DNA of 64,000 nt from a candidate division FCPU426 bacterium (GCA_963738405.1 CAVTWJ010000010.1:47962-111961), one strand, 5' to 3'; numbered from the stretch's first letter, positions 52,102 to 62,001 are shown. Translations and numbers: made by a program. The notes: generated by a model from the sequence alone, not told the origin.

Positions 52102-54332
52102 TGCCTTCCGAAAGTTTCGCCGAAGTCGTCTTCCCGGTTTCCCTTAAACAGGTTTTTAGTTACCGGGTGTCCGAGCCCCTCGAGGGGCTGGTCAAGCCCG
52201 GCATGAGGGTTTCCGTATCCTTTGGCCGCCGTCAAACGGTGGGTCTGGTGACCCGCCTGACATCCCAATCCCCATCCGGCGTCAAGAACATGAAGAGCAT
52301 TGAAACCCTTCTGGATTCGGAGCCGATCCTCACCCCCGACCTTCTGGAACTTGGAAGGTGGATCTCCGAATACTATTACTGTTCCCTGGGGGAGGCCCTT
52401 TTTACCGCCCTGCCGGGAGGCTACCGCAAAAACCCCAAGGCCTTTTTGAAATTAACGCCCCTCGGGCTTGAATGTCATGGCGAGGTCGAAGCCCTTTTGA
52501 CCCAAATGGGAAAACTCAGGGGAGTGAATGCCGAAAGCCTTGAGGAGGGAAGAATTCCTTTAACCGCGAGGACCCGTGCGCTGGCCGAGGCACTCAAAAA
52601 GACGGGGCTCGGCCAAGTAAACTTTTCCAATGAAGCGAAGATACCGAAAACCCAAAAGGGTATCCCCAATACTCCCGAATCCATACCCCGACTCCATCTT
52701 CAGCAGCAGCAGGCCCTGGATGCCGTGCTAAAGGGTTTGGGTTCCTTTAATACCTTTCTTCTCCATGGGGTGACGGGCTCGGGCAAGACCGAGGTTTATT
52801 TAAGGGCCATCGCTGAAGTGATTCAAAAAGGCCAACAGGCCATCGTGTTGATCCCGGAAATCGCGCTGACCCCCCAGACGCTTCAAAGGTTCACCAGCCG
52901 GTTCGGTGAGAAGGTGGCTCTTCTCCACAGCCGCCTGGCCCAGGGGGAAAGGGCCCGCCAATGGAGCCGCATGGCGGAAGGTTCCGCCCAGGTGGCAGTA
53001 GGGGCGCGCTCGGCTCTTTTTGCTCCCGCGCCCCGCTTGGGGTTGATCGTCGTGGATGAAGAACATGAATCTTCCTATAAGCAGGAGGATGTACCCCGCT
53101 ATCACGCCCGTGACGCGGCGGTGAAGAGGGCCCAGATCAACGGCGCCGTTGCCCTGTTGGGCAGCGCCACACCCTCACTTGAATCTATCCACAACGCCAA
53201 AACCGGAAAGTATCAGTGGCTTCGAATGCCTGAGCGGGTCAACCAGAGGCGCATGCCCCGTATCCGGCTGGTCGATCTGAAGGAAGAATTGATGAGCCGG
53301 GGCGATAAAGAACGCCCGGTGCTGACCCTTTCTTTGGAAAGGGCTATTGGCGAAACCCTGGAAAAGAAAGAACAAGCCATCCTTTTTCTTAACCGCAGGG
53401 GGTTTCACACCCTGGTTATCTGCGCCAAATGCGGGGTGCAGGTGCAGTGCCCCCATTGTTCCATTTCGGTGACATACCACAGGGGGGCCGTTCGGCCCGG
53501 CGGTGGGTCTGACCCTAAACCGCTTCTTTGCCATTATTGCGGCTGGCAAGGCCCGGTGCCGGCCCAATGCCCCACCTGCAAGGATGGGGATGTGAAACCG
53601 GTGGGGATGGGCACGGAAAAGGTTGAGGAAGAGGTCAAGGCGCGTTTTCCCCAGGCCCGCGTGGCTCGCATGGATCTCGACACCACGAGGCGGCAGGGAA
53701 GCCATGAGGATATTCTGCGAAAATTTCGCGAACACAAAACGGACATCCTTATCGGCACCCAGATGATTGCCAAGGGCCATGACTTTCCGGGAGTCACACT
53801 GGTAGGGGTTATTGGTGCGGACGTAGGGTTGGCCCTGCCGGATTTTCGGGCCCCGGAGCGGGTCTTTCAACTGATGGTGCAGGTGGCGGGCCGGGCGGGA
53901 AGGGCCGAGAAGGAAGGTGAGATTTTCCTCCAAACCTTCAACCCCGGGCACCCCGCCCTTCAGGCGGCGGCGAACCATGACACCGAAACCTTTTGCGACA
54001 ATGAATTAAAAACAAGAGAGGCCCTGGACTATCCGCCCTTTTCCCGGCTGGGGTTGATCGTCTATCGTTCCAAAGACGAAAAAAAGGCCCTGTTGGCGGT
54101 GACGAAGGCCGCCGAAATATTGAAAAGGGAAGCGGTGAAAGAAAAGGTAGAAGTTTGGGGCCCGGCTCCCGCGCCCTTTTCCAAGCTTCGGGGCCAATAC
54201 CGATTCCAAATTCTTATGAAAGCCAAAACCCCCGCGCCCTTGCGCCGTTTGCTTGTTCTTCTGGACGCAAAAATGGAAATTCCCTCAGGGGTCCACCGCG
54301 CGGTGGATTTGGACCCCCAGAGCATGTTGTAA
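52101..54332 (+). CDS. priA: Primosomal protein N'
   Basis: HGVTGSGKTEVY, VDEEHE, Cys cluster, GTQMIAKGHDFP, QVAGRAGR. Confidence 0.97.
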   Translation: MPSESFAEVVFPVSLKQVFSYRVSEPLEGLVKPGMRVSVSFGRRQTVGLVTRLTSQSPSGVKNMKSIETLLDSEPILTPDLLELGRWISEYYYCSLGEALFTALPGGYRKNPKAFLKLTPLGLECHGEVEALLTQMGKLRGVNAESLEEGRIPLTARTRALAEALKKTGLGQVNFSNEAKIPKTQKGIPNTPESIPRLHLQQQQALDAVLKGLGSFNTFLLHGVTGSGKTEVYLRAIAEVIQKGQQAIVLIPEIALTPQTLQRFTSRFGEKVALLHSRLAQGERARQWSRMAEGSAQVAVGARSALFAPAPRLGLIVVDEEHESSYKQEDVPRYHARDAAVKRAQINGAVALLGSATPSLESIHNAKTGKYQWLRMPERVNQRRMPRIRLVDLKEELMSRGDKERPVLTLSLERAIGETLEKKEQAILFLNRRGFHTLVICAKCGVQVQCPHCSISVTYHRGAVRPGGGSDPKPLLCHYCGWQGPVPAQCPTCKDGDVKPVGMGTEKVEEEVKARFPQARVARMDLDTTRRQGSHEDILRKFREHKTDILIGTQMIAKGHDFPGVTLVGVIGADVGLALPDFRAPERVFQLMVQVAGRAGRAEKEGEIFLQTFNPGHPALQAAANHDTETFCDNELKTREALDYPPFSRLGLIVYRSKDEKKALLAVTKAAEILKREAVKEKVEVWGPAPAPFSKLRGQYRFQILMKAKTPAPLRRLLVLLDAKMEIPSGVHRAVDLDPQSML

Positions 54333-54418
54333 GTCCTTTATCTCTTTAAATACGTCATAATGATGGTTCAATAACGGACGGTAGTGGGTTTGTTTGAAAA
54401 TGTCTTTGTTTTTATGTA

Positions 54419-54564
54419 GTCATTGCGAGGTTCAGCCCCAATCGGGGCGGTTTGAACCGTGGCAATCTCAGTTCGCCTTTCGCGTTTGTCTTTAAAGGCT
54501 TATTTAGACTGGGATTGCCACGTCATACCAGGCCCGCTATTCGCGGGCCATTCCTCGCAATGAC
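54419..54564. repeat. GTCATTGCGAG...CTCGCAATGAC palindromic (REP/RPE-like) element
   Basis: 12-bp terminal IR GTCATTGCGAGG/CCTCGCAATGAC; inner IR CGTGGCAATCTCAGT/ACTGGGATTGCCACG; two side hairpins. Confidence 0.8.
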
Positions 54565-54609
54565 AACACAAATCAAACTCTCCTTATTCTCGAAAGCCAT
54601 GGGTTCCCT

Positions 54610-57600
54610 TTGAACATCTCAGAAATTTCCATCAAACGCCCGGTATTCGCCTGGATGCTCATGGCGGGCTTGATCGTCTTTGGCGGCATTTCCTTCATGC
54701 GCATGGGCATCAGTCAGCTGCCCGACGTGGATTATCCCGTGGTCTCGGTCAATATCCGACTGGAGGGGGCGGCCCCGGAAGTCATCGAAACCTCGGTGGT
54801 GGATATCGTCGAGGACGCGGTGATGGGCATCCAAAGCGTGCGCAATGTCACCAGCGAGTCCGAAGACAGCGAAGGCACGGTGACCATCGAATTCGAGCTC
54901 AACCGCGACATCGACCTGGCCGTGCAAGATGTGCAAGCCAAGGTGGACTCGGTCCTGCAGAAGCTTCCCAAGGAAATCACCTCACCCACTATCCGCAAAT
55001 CGAACCCCGAGGACCAACCCATCATGTCGCTGACCCTTTCCAGCGACAAATACGCTCCCAAGGACCTCATGGCCTTTGTGAACGACCGCTTGAAGGACCA
55101 GTTTTCCATGGTGGCCGGGGTGGGGGACATCAACCTCAACGGCTACCGCGACCCCAACCTGCGGGTTTGGGTGGACCGAAAGGCGCTGGACCGGTACCAG
55201 CTTTCGGTCAATGACGTCATCAACACCATCCAGAACGAGCATTTGGAATCCCCCTCGGGCCAATTGGACGAGGGAACCAGGCAATTGAACGTTCGCACCA
55301 TGGGCGAGGCCAAGTCGGTGGATGAGTTCGGCGGCCTGGTCATCAACCAAAGGGGGGGCCAGCCCAACTACACGCGCATCCATTTAAGCCAGGTGGCCCG
55401 GGTGGAGGAGGGAACCGCCGATATTTTAAGCCTCAGCCGAGCCATGGGGGTTCCCTGCGTATCGCTCGATATTCTCAAACAGCGGGGGTCCAACGCGGTA
55501 CAGGTGGCCAAGGCCGTCCGCGCCAAGGTTGAGGAGGTCAAAAAGGGCCTACCGGAGGGCATGAACCTCGCGGTCAATTACGACCTCACGCTTTTCATCG
55601 AACGGGCCGTCAAGGAACTCAACTTCACCCTGGTGCTTTCCGCGGTTCTGACCGCCCTAGTCTGCTGGCTGTTCCTGGGGAGCTGGTCCTCCACCTTTAA
55701 TGTGGTCTTGGCCATCCCCACTTCCGTCCTGGGCAGCTTCATCGTGCTTTATTTCGCGGGCTTCACGCTGAACACCTTCACCCTGCTGGGGCTCTCACTT
55801 TCTATCGGCATCGTGGTGGATGACGCCATCATGGTGCTGGAAAACATCATCCGCCACCAGGAAAAGGGCAAGAGCCGCTTCCTGGCGGCCCTCACCGGCT
55901 CCAAGGAAATCACCTTTGCCGCCGTGGCCGCGACCGTTTCTGTCGTGGCGATCTTTCTGCCGGTGGCTTTCATGAGCGGGGTGATCGGTAAATTCTTCTT
56001 TCAATTTGGCGTCACCATCACGGTGGCGGTTTTGCTTTCCCTCCTTGAGGCGCTTACCCTGACCCCCATGCGCTGTTCCCAATTCGTGGACGCGGGCGAA
56101 AGAACAACCCGCCTCGGCCGGGGGGTCGAATGGATCATGGAGTCCTCCAGGATTCTTTACGCCGCCACCCTGGAACGGGCGCTGTCCCATCCTTGGAAGG
56201 TGATCGCCGGGGCCATGGCGGTTTTCATCCTCAGTTGTTCGGCTTATTGGTTCATCAACAAGGAATTCATCCCTCCTGAGGACCAGAGCCGGTTCAATAT
56301 CCGCTTTTACACCCCCGTGGGTTCGGCCCTTTCCTACACCGATTCGAAAGCCCAGGAGATCGAGAAGTTTCTGGCCGCCCGGCCTGAGGTGGACCGCTAT
56401 GTGTTAAGGGCGGGGGGCGGCTCGCCCGGTGATTCCAACAGCGGCTTCGTGCTGGTCACCCTGAAGGATAAGGGGAAAAGGGGAATCGACCCTGAAAAGG
56501 GCCGCGAATTGAGCCAGCAGGAGTTCATGGGCCTCTGCCGCAAAGGGCTGAAGAAAATCCCGGATTTAAGGGTAGTGCTCCAAGACCCTTCCACCAAGTC
56601 TTTTACGGCTTCCCGGGGCTTTCCCGTGGAATTCCTGGTCCAGGGACCCGATTGGGGAAAGCTGGCCGATTACACGAATCAGATGGTGGCGGAACTGGAT
56701 AAGTCGGGGCTGGTAACCGATCTGGACACCAACTACGAGTTGGGCCAGCCGGAGCTTCACGTGGTCCCCGACCGCAAGAAAGCCGCGGAATACGGGGTCA
56801 GCATCGCCAGCATTTCCCAGACCGTGGAAGCCATGATCGGGGGCGTTTTGGTCGGCACCTATGAAAAGGGCGGCCACCGTTACGACATCCGCCTGAAACT
56901 GGAGGACAGCACCGAAAACCCCCAAGCCAAGATTAAAAGCCTTTATGTTCGCAACAACCGGGGCGAGCTGGTTTCGCTCATTAATTTGGTAACGATGGAA
57001 GAGCAAAAGGGCATGGTGTCCATCTGGCGCAGCAACCGGGAACGATCTATTTCGGTTTACGCCAACGTGAAGGCGGGGGAATCCCAGCAAAAGGCCCTGG
57101 ACGCCGTCGGGGCGATTTCCAAACAAATCTTGCCGCCCGAATACCATGTGACCTTGACGGGCAGTTCCCAAACTTCCAATGAATCCTTTAAGAGCCTTTT
57201 ATTGGTTTTTATCCTGGGGCTCTTCGTGGCTTATATGGTCTTGGCCAGCCAGTTCAACAGCTTCCTGGACCCCCTGTCGGTCTTGATGGCGCTTCCATTT
57301 TCCATCTCGGGGGCCCTGGTGGCCCTTTGGGTAACCCAACATTCCTTCAATGTTTACAGCGTGATCGGGCTTATTCTGCTCATGGGCATCGTGAAGAAAA
57401 ATTCCATCCTGCTGGTGGATTTCACGAATAAGGTCCGGGAAGGGGGCGAGCGTTCGGTGCTCCAGGCGCTGTTGACCGCCTGCCCCATCCGCCTCAGGCC
57501 CATCCTGATGACCTCCGTGGCCACGGTGGCGGGCGCCCTCCCGGCCGCACTGACCCTGGGCCCGGGGGCGGAAAGCCGAAAACCCATGGCGGTGGCGGTC

Positions 57601-57756
57601 ATCGGCGGGGTGATTTTTTCCACACTATTGACCCTTTACGTCGTCCCTTGTTTCTACAGCCTCATGGCGCCTTACGGCAAAAAAGATGAGCATGCCGCGC
57701 TGATGAAGGACGCCGAAAGACAAACCCGTCCGAAAACCCGCCGTAAGGGCCGATAG
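54610..57756 (+). CDS. RND efflux permease (AcrB/AcrD/AcrF family)
   Basis: SIKRPVFA, GIVVDDAIMVLENI, GIVKKNSILLVDF, RLRPILMT. Confidence 0.95.
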   Translation: MNISEISIKRPVFAWMLMAGLIVFGGISFMRMGISQLPDVDYPVVSVNIRLEGAAPEVIETSVVDIVEDAVMGIQSVRNVTSESEDSEGTVTIEFELNRDIDLAVQDVQAKVDSVLQKLPKEITSPTIRKSNPEDQPIMSLTLSSDKYAPKDLMAFVNDRLKDQFSMVAGVGDINLNGYRDPNLRVWVDRKALDRYQLSVNDVINTIQNEHLESPSGQLDEGTRQLNVRTMGEAKSVDEFGGLVINQRGGQPNYTRIHLSQVARVEEGTADILSLSRAMGVPCVSLDILKQRGSNAVQVAKAVRAKVEEVKKGLPEGMNLAVNYDLTLFIERAVKELNFTLVLSAVLTALVCWLFLGSWSSTFNVVLAIPTSVLGSFIVLYFAGFTLNTFTLLGLSLSIGIVVDDAIMVLENIIRHQEKGKSRFLAALTGSKEITFAAVAATVSVVAIFLPVAFMSGVIGKFFFQFGVTITVAVLLSLLEALTLTPMRCSQFVDAGERTTRLGRGVEWIMESSRILYAATLERALSHPWKVIAGAMAVFILSCSAYWFINKEFIPPEDQSRFNIRFYTPVGSALSYTDSKAQEIEKFLAARPEVDRYVLRAGGGSPGDSNSGFVLVTLKDKGKRGIDPEKGRELSQQEFMGLCRKGLKKIPDLRVVLQDPSTKSFTASRGFPVEFLVQGPDWGKLADYTNQMVAELDKSGLVTDLDTNYELGQPELHVVPDRKKAAEYGVSIASISQTVEAMIGGVLVGTYEKGGHRYDIRLKLEDSTENPQAKIKSLYVRNNRGELVSLINLVTMEEQKGMVSIWRSNRERSISVYANVKAGESQQKALDAVGAISKQILPPEYHVTLTGSSQTSNESFKSLLLVFILGLFVAYMVLASQFNSFLDPLSVLMALPFSISGALVALWVTQHSFNVYSVIGLILLMGIVKKNSILLVDFTNKVREGGERSVLQALLTACPIRLRPILMTSVATVAGALPAALTLGPGAESRKPMAVAVIGGVIFSTLLTLYVVPCFYSLMAPYGKKDEHAALMKDAERQTRPKTRRKGR

Positions 57757-57765
57757 GGCCTATCC

Positions 57766-58722
57766 GTGAAACACGAACCCATCGACAAAGAAATCACGCT
57801 CGTCGCCCATATCAGCAACAAAAGCTCACAAAACCTGTTGGAGTTTTTAGTAAGCCGTTTTAAATACCTGAATGAAGAGGAATGGAAACAGCGCATTAAC
57901 GAGGGCAAGGTGAAGGTGAACGACCGGGAAGCCTCCGAAGGCCAGCCCTTGAGGGCGGGCGATGAGGTGGCTTATACCACCAACGCCTGGGAAGAACCGG
58001 CGGTCAATACCAACTACCGCATCGTTTATGAGGATGAAACCCTCATGGCCGTTTCCAAGCCCGCGCCCCTTCCGGTCCATGCCATTGGGGCTTACTTTCG
58101 CAACAGCCTGACCCATCTCCTCAAGCGGGATAGGCCCGAGGCCGAAAACTATCATCTGGCCCACCGACTGGATTCGGAAACCAGCGGGCTCCTGCTTTTG
58201 GCCAAGGACACAGAAACTCTAAGGAAGATTCAAAAAGACTGGAACGACAATATTCAGAAAACCTATCGGGCCATCATTTTTGGTGTGTTTCAGAAAGAAG
58301 AAATGAAACTCAATGCGGCCATCGGTCCCAAGGTGGGAAGTGAAGTCAGGATGAAATTGGCGGTGAATCCGAAGGAGGGAAAGGAATCGTCCACCCTATT
58401 TAAGGGAATCGAGACAAGAGGCCGATTTACGCTTGTGGAGGCCCAACCCTTGACCGGACGCACCCACCAGATCCGGGTCCATTTGGAACATTTAGGTTTT
58501 CCCATCGTGGGGGATAAGCTCTATTCGGGCGACGACGAGACCTTTCTGCATTTTTACGAATACGACTGGGACGATTGGCTGAAGGAAAGGGTGCTTCTGC
58601 CCCGCACTTGTCTGCACGCTTTTAAATTGGAATTCACCCATCCTCAAACGGGTCAAAGGGTGGCATTGGAAGACCCATTGCCTGAGGATATGACAAATTT
58701 CTGGGATTCGGTCCATCCTTGA
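57766..58722 (+). CDS. RluA/RluD-family pseudouridine synthase with S4-like domain
   Basis: KPAPLPVH, HRLDSETSG, TGRTHQIRVH, PIVGDKLY, LHA. Confidence 0.93.
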   Translation: MKHEPIDKEITLVAHISNKSSQNLLEFLVSRFKYLNEEEWKQRINEGKVKVNDREASEGQPLRAGDEVAYTTNAWEEPAVNTNYRIVYEDETLMAVSKPAPLPVHAIGAYFRNSLTHLLKRDRPEAENYHLAHRLDSETSGLLLLAKDTETLRKIQKDWNDNIQKTYRAIIFGVFQKEEMKLNAAIGPKVGSEVRMKLAVNPKEGKESSTLFKGIETRGRFTLVEAQPLTGRTHQIRVHLEHLGFPIVGDKLYSGDDETFLHFYEYDWDDWLKERVLLPRTCLHAFKLEFTHPQTGQRVALEDPLPEDMTNFWDSVHP

Positions 58723-58746
58723 CATTGCTTGCAGGTAAATTAAAAT
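58719..58746 (+). promoter_or_regulatory. Sigma70 promoter of tRNA-Leu
   Basis: TTGACA-N16-TAAAAT. Confidence 0.65.
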
Positions 58747-58786
58747 ACCGTTCCTTCTTGCTTGCGGTAGGTTTTCAGCCCTCAAT

Positions 58787-58873
58787 GCCCGAGTGGCGAA
58801 ATTGGCAGACGCAATAGACTCAAAATCTATCGAGGGCAACCTCATGTCGGTTCAAGTCCGACCTCGGGCACCA
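58787..58873 (+). tRNA. tRNA-Leu(CAA)
   Basis: GCCCGAG/CTCGGGC acceptor stem + ACCA; anticodon arm ATAGA-CTCAAAA-TCTAT; long variable arm; T-loop GGTTCAAGTCC; 87 nt. Confidence 0.96.
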
Positions 58874-58946
58874 TTTTTTGTTCTGCTGGGAGTGTTTAGG
58901 ATTTTCTTAAAAAGACCCTAAAATCATTGTCCCTTGCTGATTTCCG

Positions 58947-58997
58947 AAGCTCGCGTCCGAGAAAATTTTAAAAATTTTCTCGGCGCGGGCTTTTTTT
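58947..58997 (+). terminator. Long hairpin with U-tract downstream of the tRNA
   Basis: AAGCTCGCG(T)CCGAGAAAATTTT-A-AAAATTTTCTCGGCGCGGGC-TTTTTTT. Confidence 0.7.
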
Positions 58998-59245
58998 GTT
59001 TGGGACGGTCAGGGAGTACCGTGGAGCGTCGGGGAGGGTCGGGAATGACATTGAATGACACGCTTATGACACGGAAAAAAATTGAAAATCTATTGAGCTT
59101 TAAGATCGATAGAGTGGAAGTCTATTGAGTCTTCTCCTAAGCTCCATAGATCGAAAGTCTATTGCGCTCCCCCCATGATTAAGCTTGAAACATTCCTTAC
59201 CCTGAATAAATCTAAAGCGGTTCGATAAGAATCAACCAGGGGTCA

Positions 59246-61195
59246 TTGGGAATAATGGTTAGGAAATTTTTAAAAGCTATCGAGAAACACACCCCTCCTA
59301 TCATGGCCGGATTTGGGGTCTATTCGGGCGTTAAATTCACTTTGGAGGCCGTAGGGGTCATTGGCCCATCCGTGACCCCCTTTGACACGGTTTCAGTCCT
59401 TTCCGTGGGTTTTCTGTATCTCTTTGAGAAGCATGTCCGAATGAACCACCTTCTGGCCTTCGCCCCTGCCTTTATAGCCCTTTCCTTTACCCATGACCTT
59501 TTGGGGGTGTCTTTTGGGACCGAGGGATTTACGGGCGATGTTGTCATGGGGCTTTCCATCTTCATCGGGTTTTGCATTTACTTCGTCCATTTCGTCCTGG
59601 AAAAAGGATCGGATGATTTTGGCGAATCACCTAAAGAGGAAAGCGGGAACTATTCCCTATACCTGGACGCGGATAAAAAGTTTTTCATCCCTGCCGAATT
59701 ACTCAAATACCACACCGAAGTCATTGGATCTTCGGGAATGGGAAAAACCAATATCTTCAACTACCTCATTGAACAAGGCATACGGAACGGCTTGGGAATG
59801 TTTATTTTTGACGCCAAATCCAATTACAACAAAACTATCCCCTATTACGCTTCCAAATACGGGCGGCTAAAGGACTTAATGTATTTTGACTTGGCTGATA
59901 TAAAACGGAGCCAGACCTACAACCCCGACTATAAGGACAAGCCGGACGAGGTATTCAATGGGCTTATGAAGTCCATTTTTTACGGCCCGGTACACCAGGA
60001 GTATTACCGGGATCAGGCCGCCGATGTTTTGAGCAATTTAACCAACCTGCTTTTCAAGGAATTCCCCCATGTCACCCGGATGGATTACCAGAACCTTATT
60101 TCCAACGAAATCAGGTCTTTCAAAACCATCGAATATCTTGCGAACAAGTATTCGGACACGGTTTCGGGCCGCTACTTCCTGGAAAAATGGGTGGAAATGT
60201 CCGAAAAGGACAGGGAACTGAACATTTCCGGCCTTACCAGCAAGCTTGCCCGGTTCACGAACCGGGAATGGTCGTCCCTTATCAACACTTTGAACCCTGA
60301 CATCAAGATGAAGGATGTGGTTGAAAAGGGTCAAATTTTCCTGTTTGGCACTTCCTCTTTGGTGAACCAGGAGGACTCCAAACCGGTCATTATTTCGGCT
60401 TTGGTGGACTTGGCCGGGGTTATCGGCCATAGGCTCATTGAGAAACCGAAAAAACCCTTTTTCGTTTTTTTAGATGAGTTTTACACCGCCGCTTATCCGG
60501 GGCTTAACGACCTCATTTCCCTTGGGAGGGAGGCCAACGTCTGTTTCTTCCTGGCCCATCACAGCTTGGGCCAACTCGGGGCGGTCAGCCAGGAATTCAA
60601 AGACGACATCCTGACCAACACCAACCACAAGATTGTCTTAAACATCACCGAAAAAGATACGGTGGACTTTTTTGCGGCCATTTTCGGAACCAAGGTCACC
60701 AAGAAGGATGTTTATTCCTACGACACCCGCCTTTCACAACCACGGGGAAGGACCGAGAAACAGGATGAGGAATTCATCATCCATCCCAATTACCTACGGG
60801 GCATGAAGCGAGGGGAGGCGGTATGCCGCATCGTGTACGTGGCTGGCCCCAAGGTGTTCAAAATGAAACTCAAGGAGGTAAAACCACCGCCACCGGATTT
60901 CGATTACGTCAGATGCGTTCCAATCCGCAATAACCATTTGAAACCCTTGGAATACAACAAGGTGGTGGTAGTCAACGCCGTAAAGGAAAGCAAGGCGAAA
61001 CCCGCCCCAAAACCAAATCCAAAGCCCGAGAAATCGGGACCGAGTGAGGGTACCAAGAGTTCCTTTTCCGCCCACCGGGACCATTTCAAGGCCAAACCGG
61101 AACAGGCACCCAAAGATAAAGATAAACCGGAAACTTCCCCTGTTGAGGAGAAAAAGCACAAGGAAGAAAATCCCAATGACGGGAAGACGGGATGA
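59246..61195 (+). CDS. Type IV coupling protein (TraD/VirD4/TraG-like ATPase)
   Basis: N-terminal TM helices; Walker A HTEVIGSSGMGKT; IFDAK; Walker B FVFLDEF; GREANVCFFLAHHSLGQL; FIIHPNYLRGMKRGEA. The start may be ATG 59255. Confidence 0.85.
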   Translation: MGIMVRKFLKAIEKHTPPIMAGFGVYSGVKFTLEAVGVIGPSVTPFDTVSVLSVGFLYLFEKHVRMNHLLAFAPAFIALSFTHDLLGVSFGTEGFTGDVVMGLSIFIGFCIYFVHFVLEKGSDDFGESPKEESGNYSLYLDADKKFFIPAELLKYHTEVIGSSGMGKTNIFNYLIEQGIRNGLGMFIFDAKSNYNKTIPYYASKYGRLKDLMYFDLADIKRSQTYNPDYKDKPDEVFNGLMKSIFYGPVHQEYYRDQAADVLSNLTNLLFKEFPHVTRMDYQNLISNEIRSFKTIEYLANKYSDTVSGRYFLEKWVEMSEKDRELNISGLTSKLARFTNREWSSLINTLNPDIKMKDVVEKGQIFLFGTSSLVNQEDSKPVIISALVDLAGVIGHRLIEKPKKPFFVFLDEFYTAAYPGLNDLISLGREANVCFFLAHHSLGQLGAVSQEFKDDILTNTNHKIVLNITEKDTVDFFAAIFGTKVTKKDVYSYDTRLSQPRGRTEKQDEEFIIHPNYLRGMKRGEAVCRIVYVAGPKVFKMKLKEVKPPPPDFDYVRCVPIRNNHLKPLEYNKVVVVNAVKESKAKPAPKPNPKPEKSGPSEGTKSSFSAHRDHFKAKPEQAPKDKDKPETSPVEEKKHKEENPNDGKTG

Positions 61196-62001
61196 AGGAT
61201 TACATGGAAATGACGGAAGAAGAAGTGATCCAGCTTGCCTGGATTCATTCCAACAAGTTCACCATCCCGGAGCTATTCCGAAAAAAGTTTTTCCCGCAAA
61301 TGACCTACCGGAACGCCTGTTATCTCCTCAACAAATACGCCCGGCAGGAAAAAGGGTTTCTTCACTCGGAGAAACCGACACAAACATCAAATACCTATTA
61401 CTACCTAACTGCGAACTCCATCCGAACACTGGATGCTATGGGCAAAATCCTGGTGAGAAGCACCAAATACCCCATCAAGATAAACCCTTATGAGAGGGAG
61501 CACGATCTCAAGGCCCAAGAAGTTCGAATCGCCTTTGAGTCCAAGCCTGATTTGGGAAATGTCTTTTGGGTCAGCGATTTTGAAATGCGATCCGGCATTA
61601 CTCCAACCGCCAAGACGAGGTTTTTGGAGGGAGCACTTGATAAAGAAAGGTGGCGGGGGACTTGGTCGGACGGCAGGAATCACAGCCGAAGGACGCCGGA
61701 TGGGTATTTTAAGGCCGATGTAAATGGGGAAAGATTAGCCTTTGCATTTGAGTTTGAGAATAAGCCCCGGTCAGACCAGAAGATTCAAGATATGGTGAAC
61801 TACCTCAATTATTCCTTCGCAGACGCCACCAAAATGGTGGTTTCGGCCAGTGAGAAAAACGCCATCAGGATGATCCGGGCGCTCCAAATCAAGGTCAGGA
61901 AAAGCGATCAGGGAAAATGGTTTGTCAGCGATTTTGAGAAGGCTGTCACCCTTCCGTTCAATGAGGTATGGTTCCGTTTGGACCACCCTTTAGATAATTA
62001 A
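61192..62001 (+). CDS. Replication-relaxation (Replic_Relax)-like protein
   Basis: wHTH-like N-terminus (YYYLT..S), EHDL, RTPDGYF, AFEFE (PD-(D/E)xK-like); ATGA-coupled to the coupling protein. Confidence 0.65.
   Translation: MKDYMEMTEEEVIQLAWIHSNKFTIPELFRKKFFPQMTYRNACYLLNKYARQEKGFLHSEKPTQTSNTYYYLTANSIRTLDAMGKILVRSTKYPIKINPYEREHDLKAQEVRIAFESKPDLGNVFWVSDFEMRSGITPTAKTRFLEGALDKERWRGTWSDGRNHSRRTPDGYFKADVNGERLAFAFEFENKPRSDQKIQDMVNYLNYSFADATKMVVSASEKNAIRMIRALQIKVRKSDQGKWFVSDFEKAVTLPFNEVWFRLDHPLDN

Noticed and set aside
58934..59128. 64-aa ORF after the tRNA
   Set aside because: Runs through the terminator and repeat sites, with no SD or protein-like features.
59087..59167. Mini-CRISPR interpretation of the 32-37-bp-spaced repeats
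   Set aside because: Only 2.5 degenerate units, spacers of ~12 nt, and no cas genes in the window.
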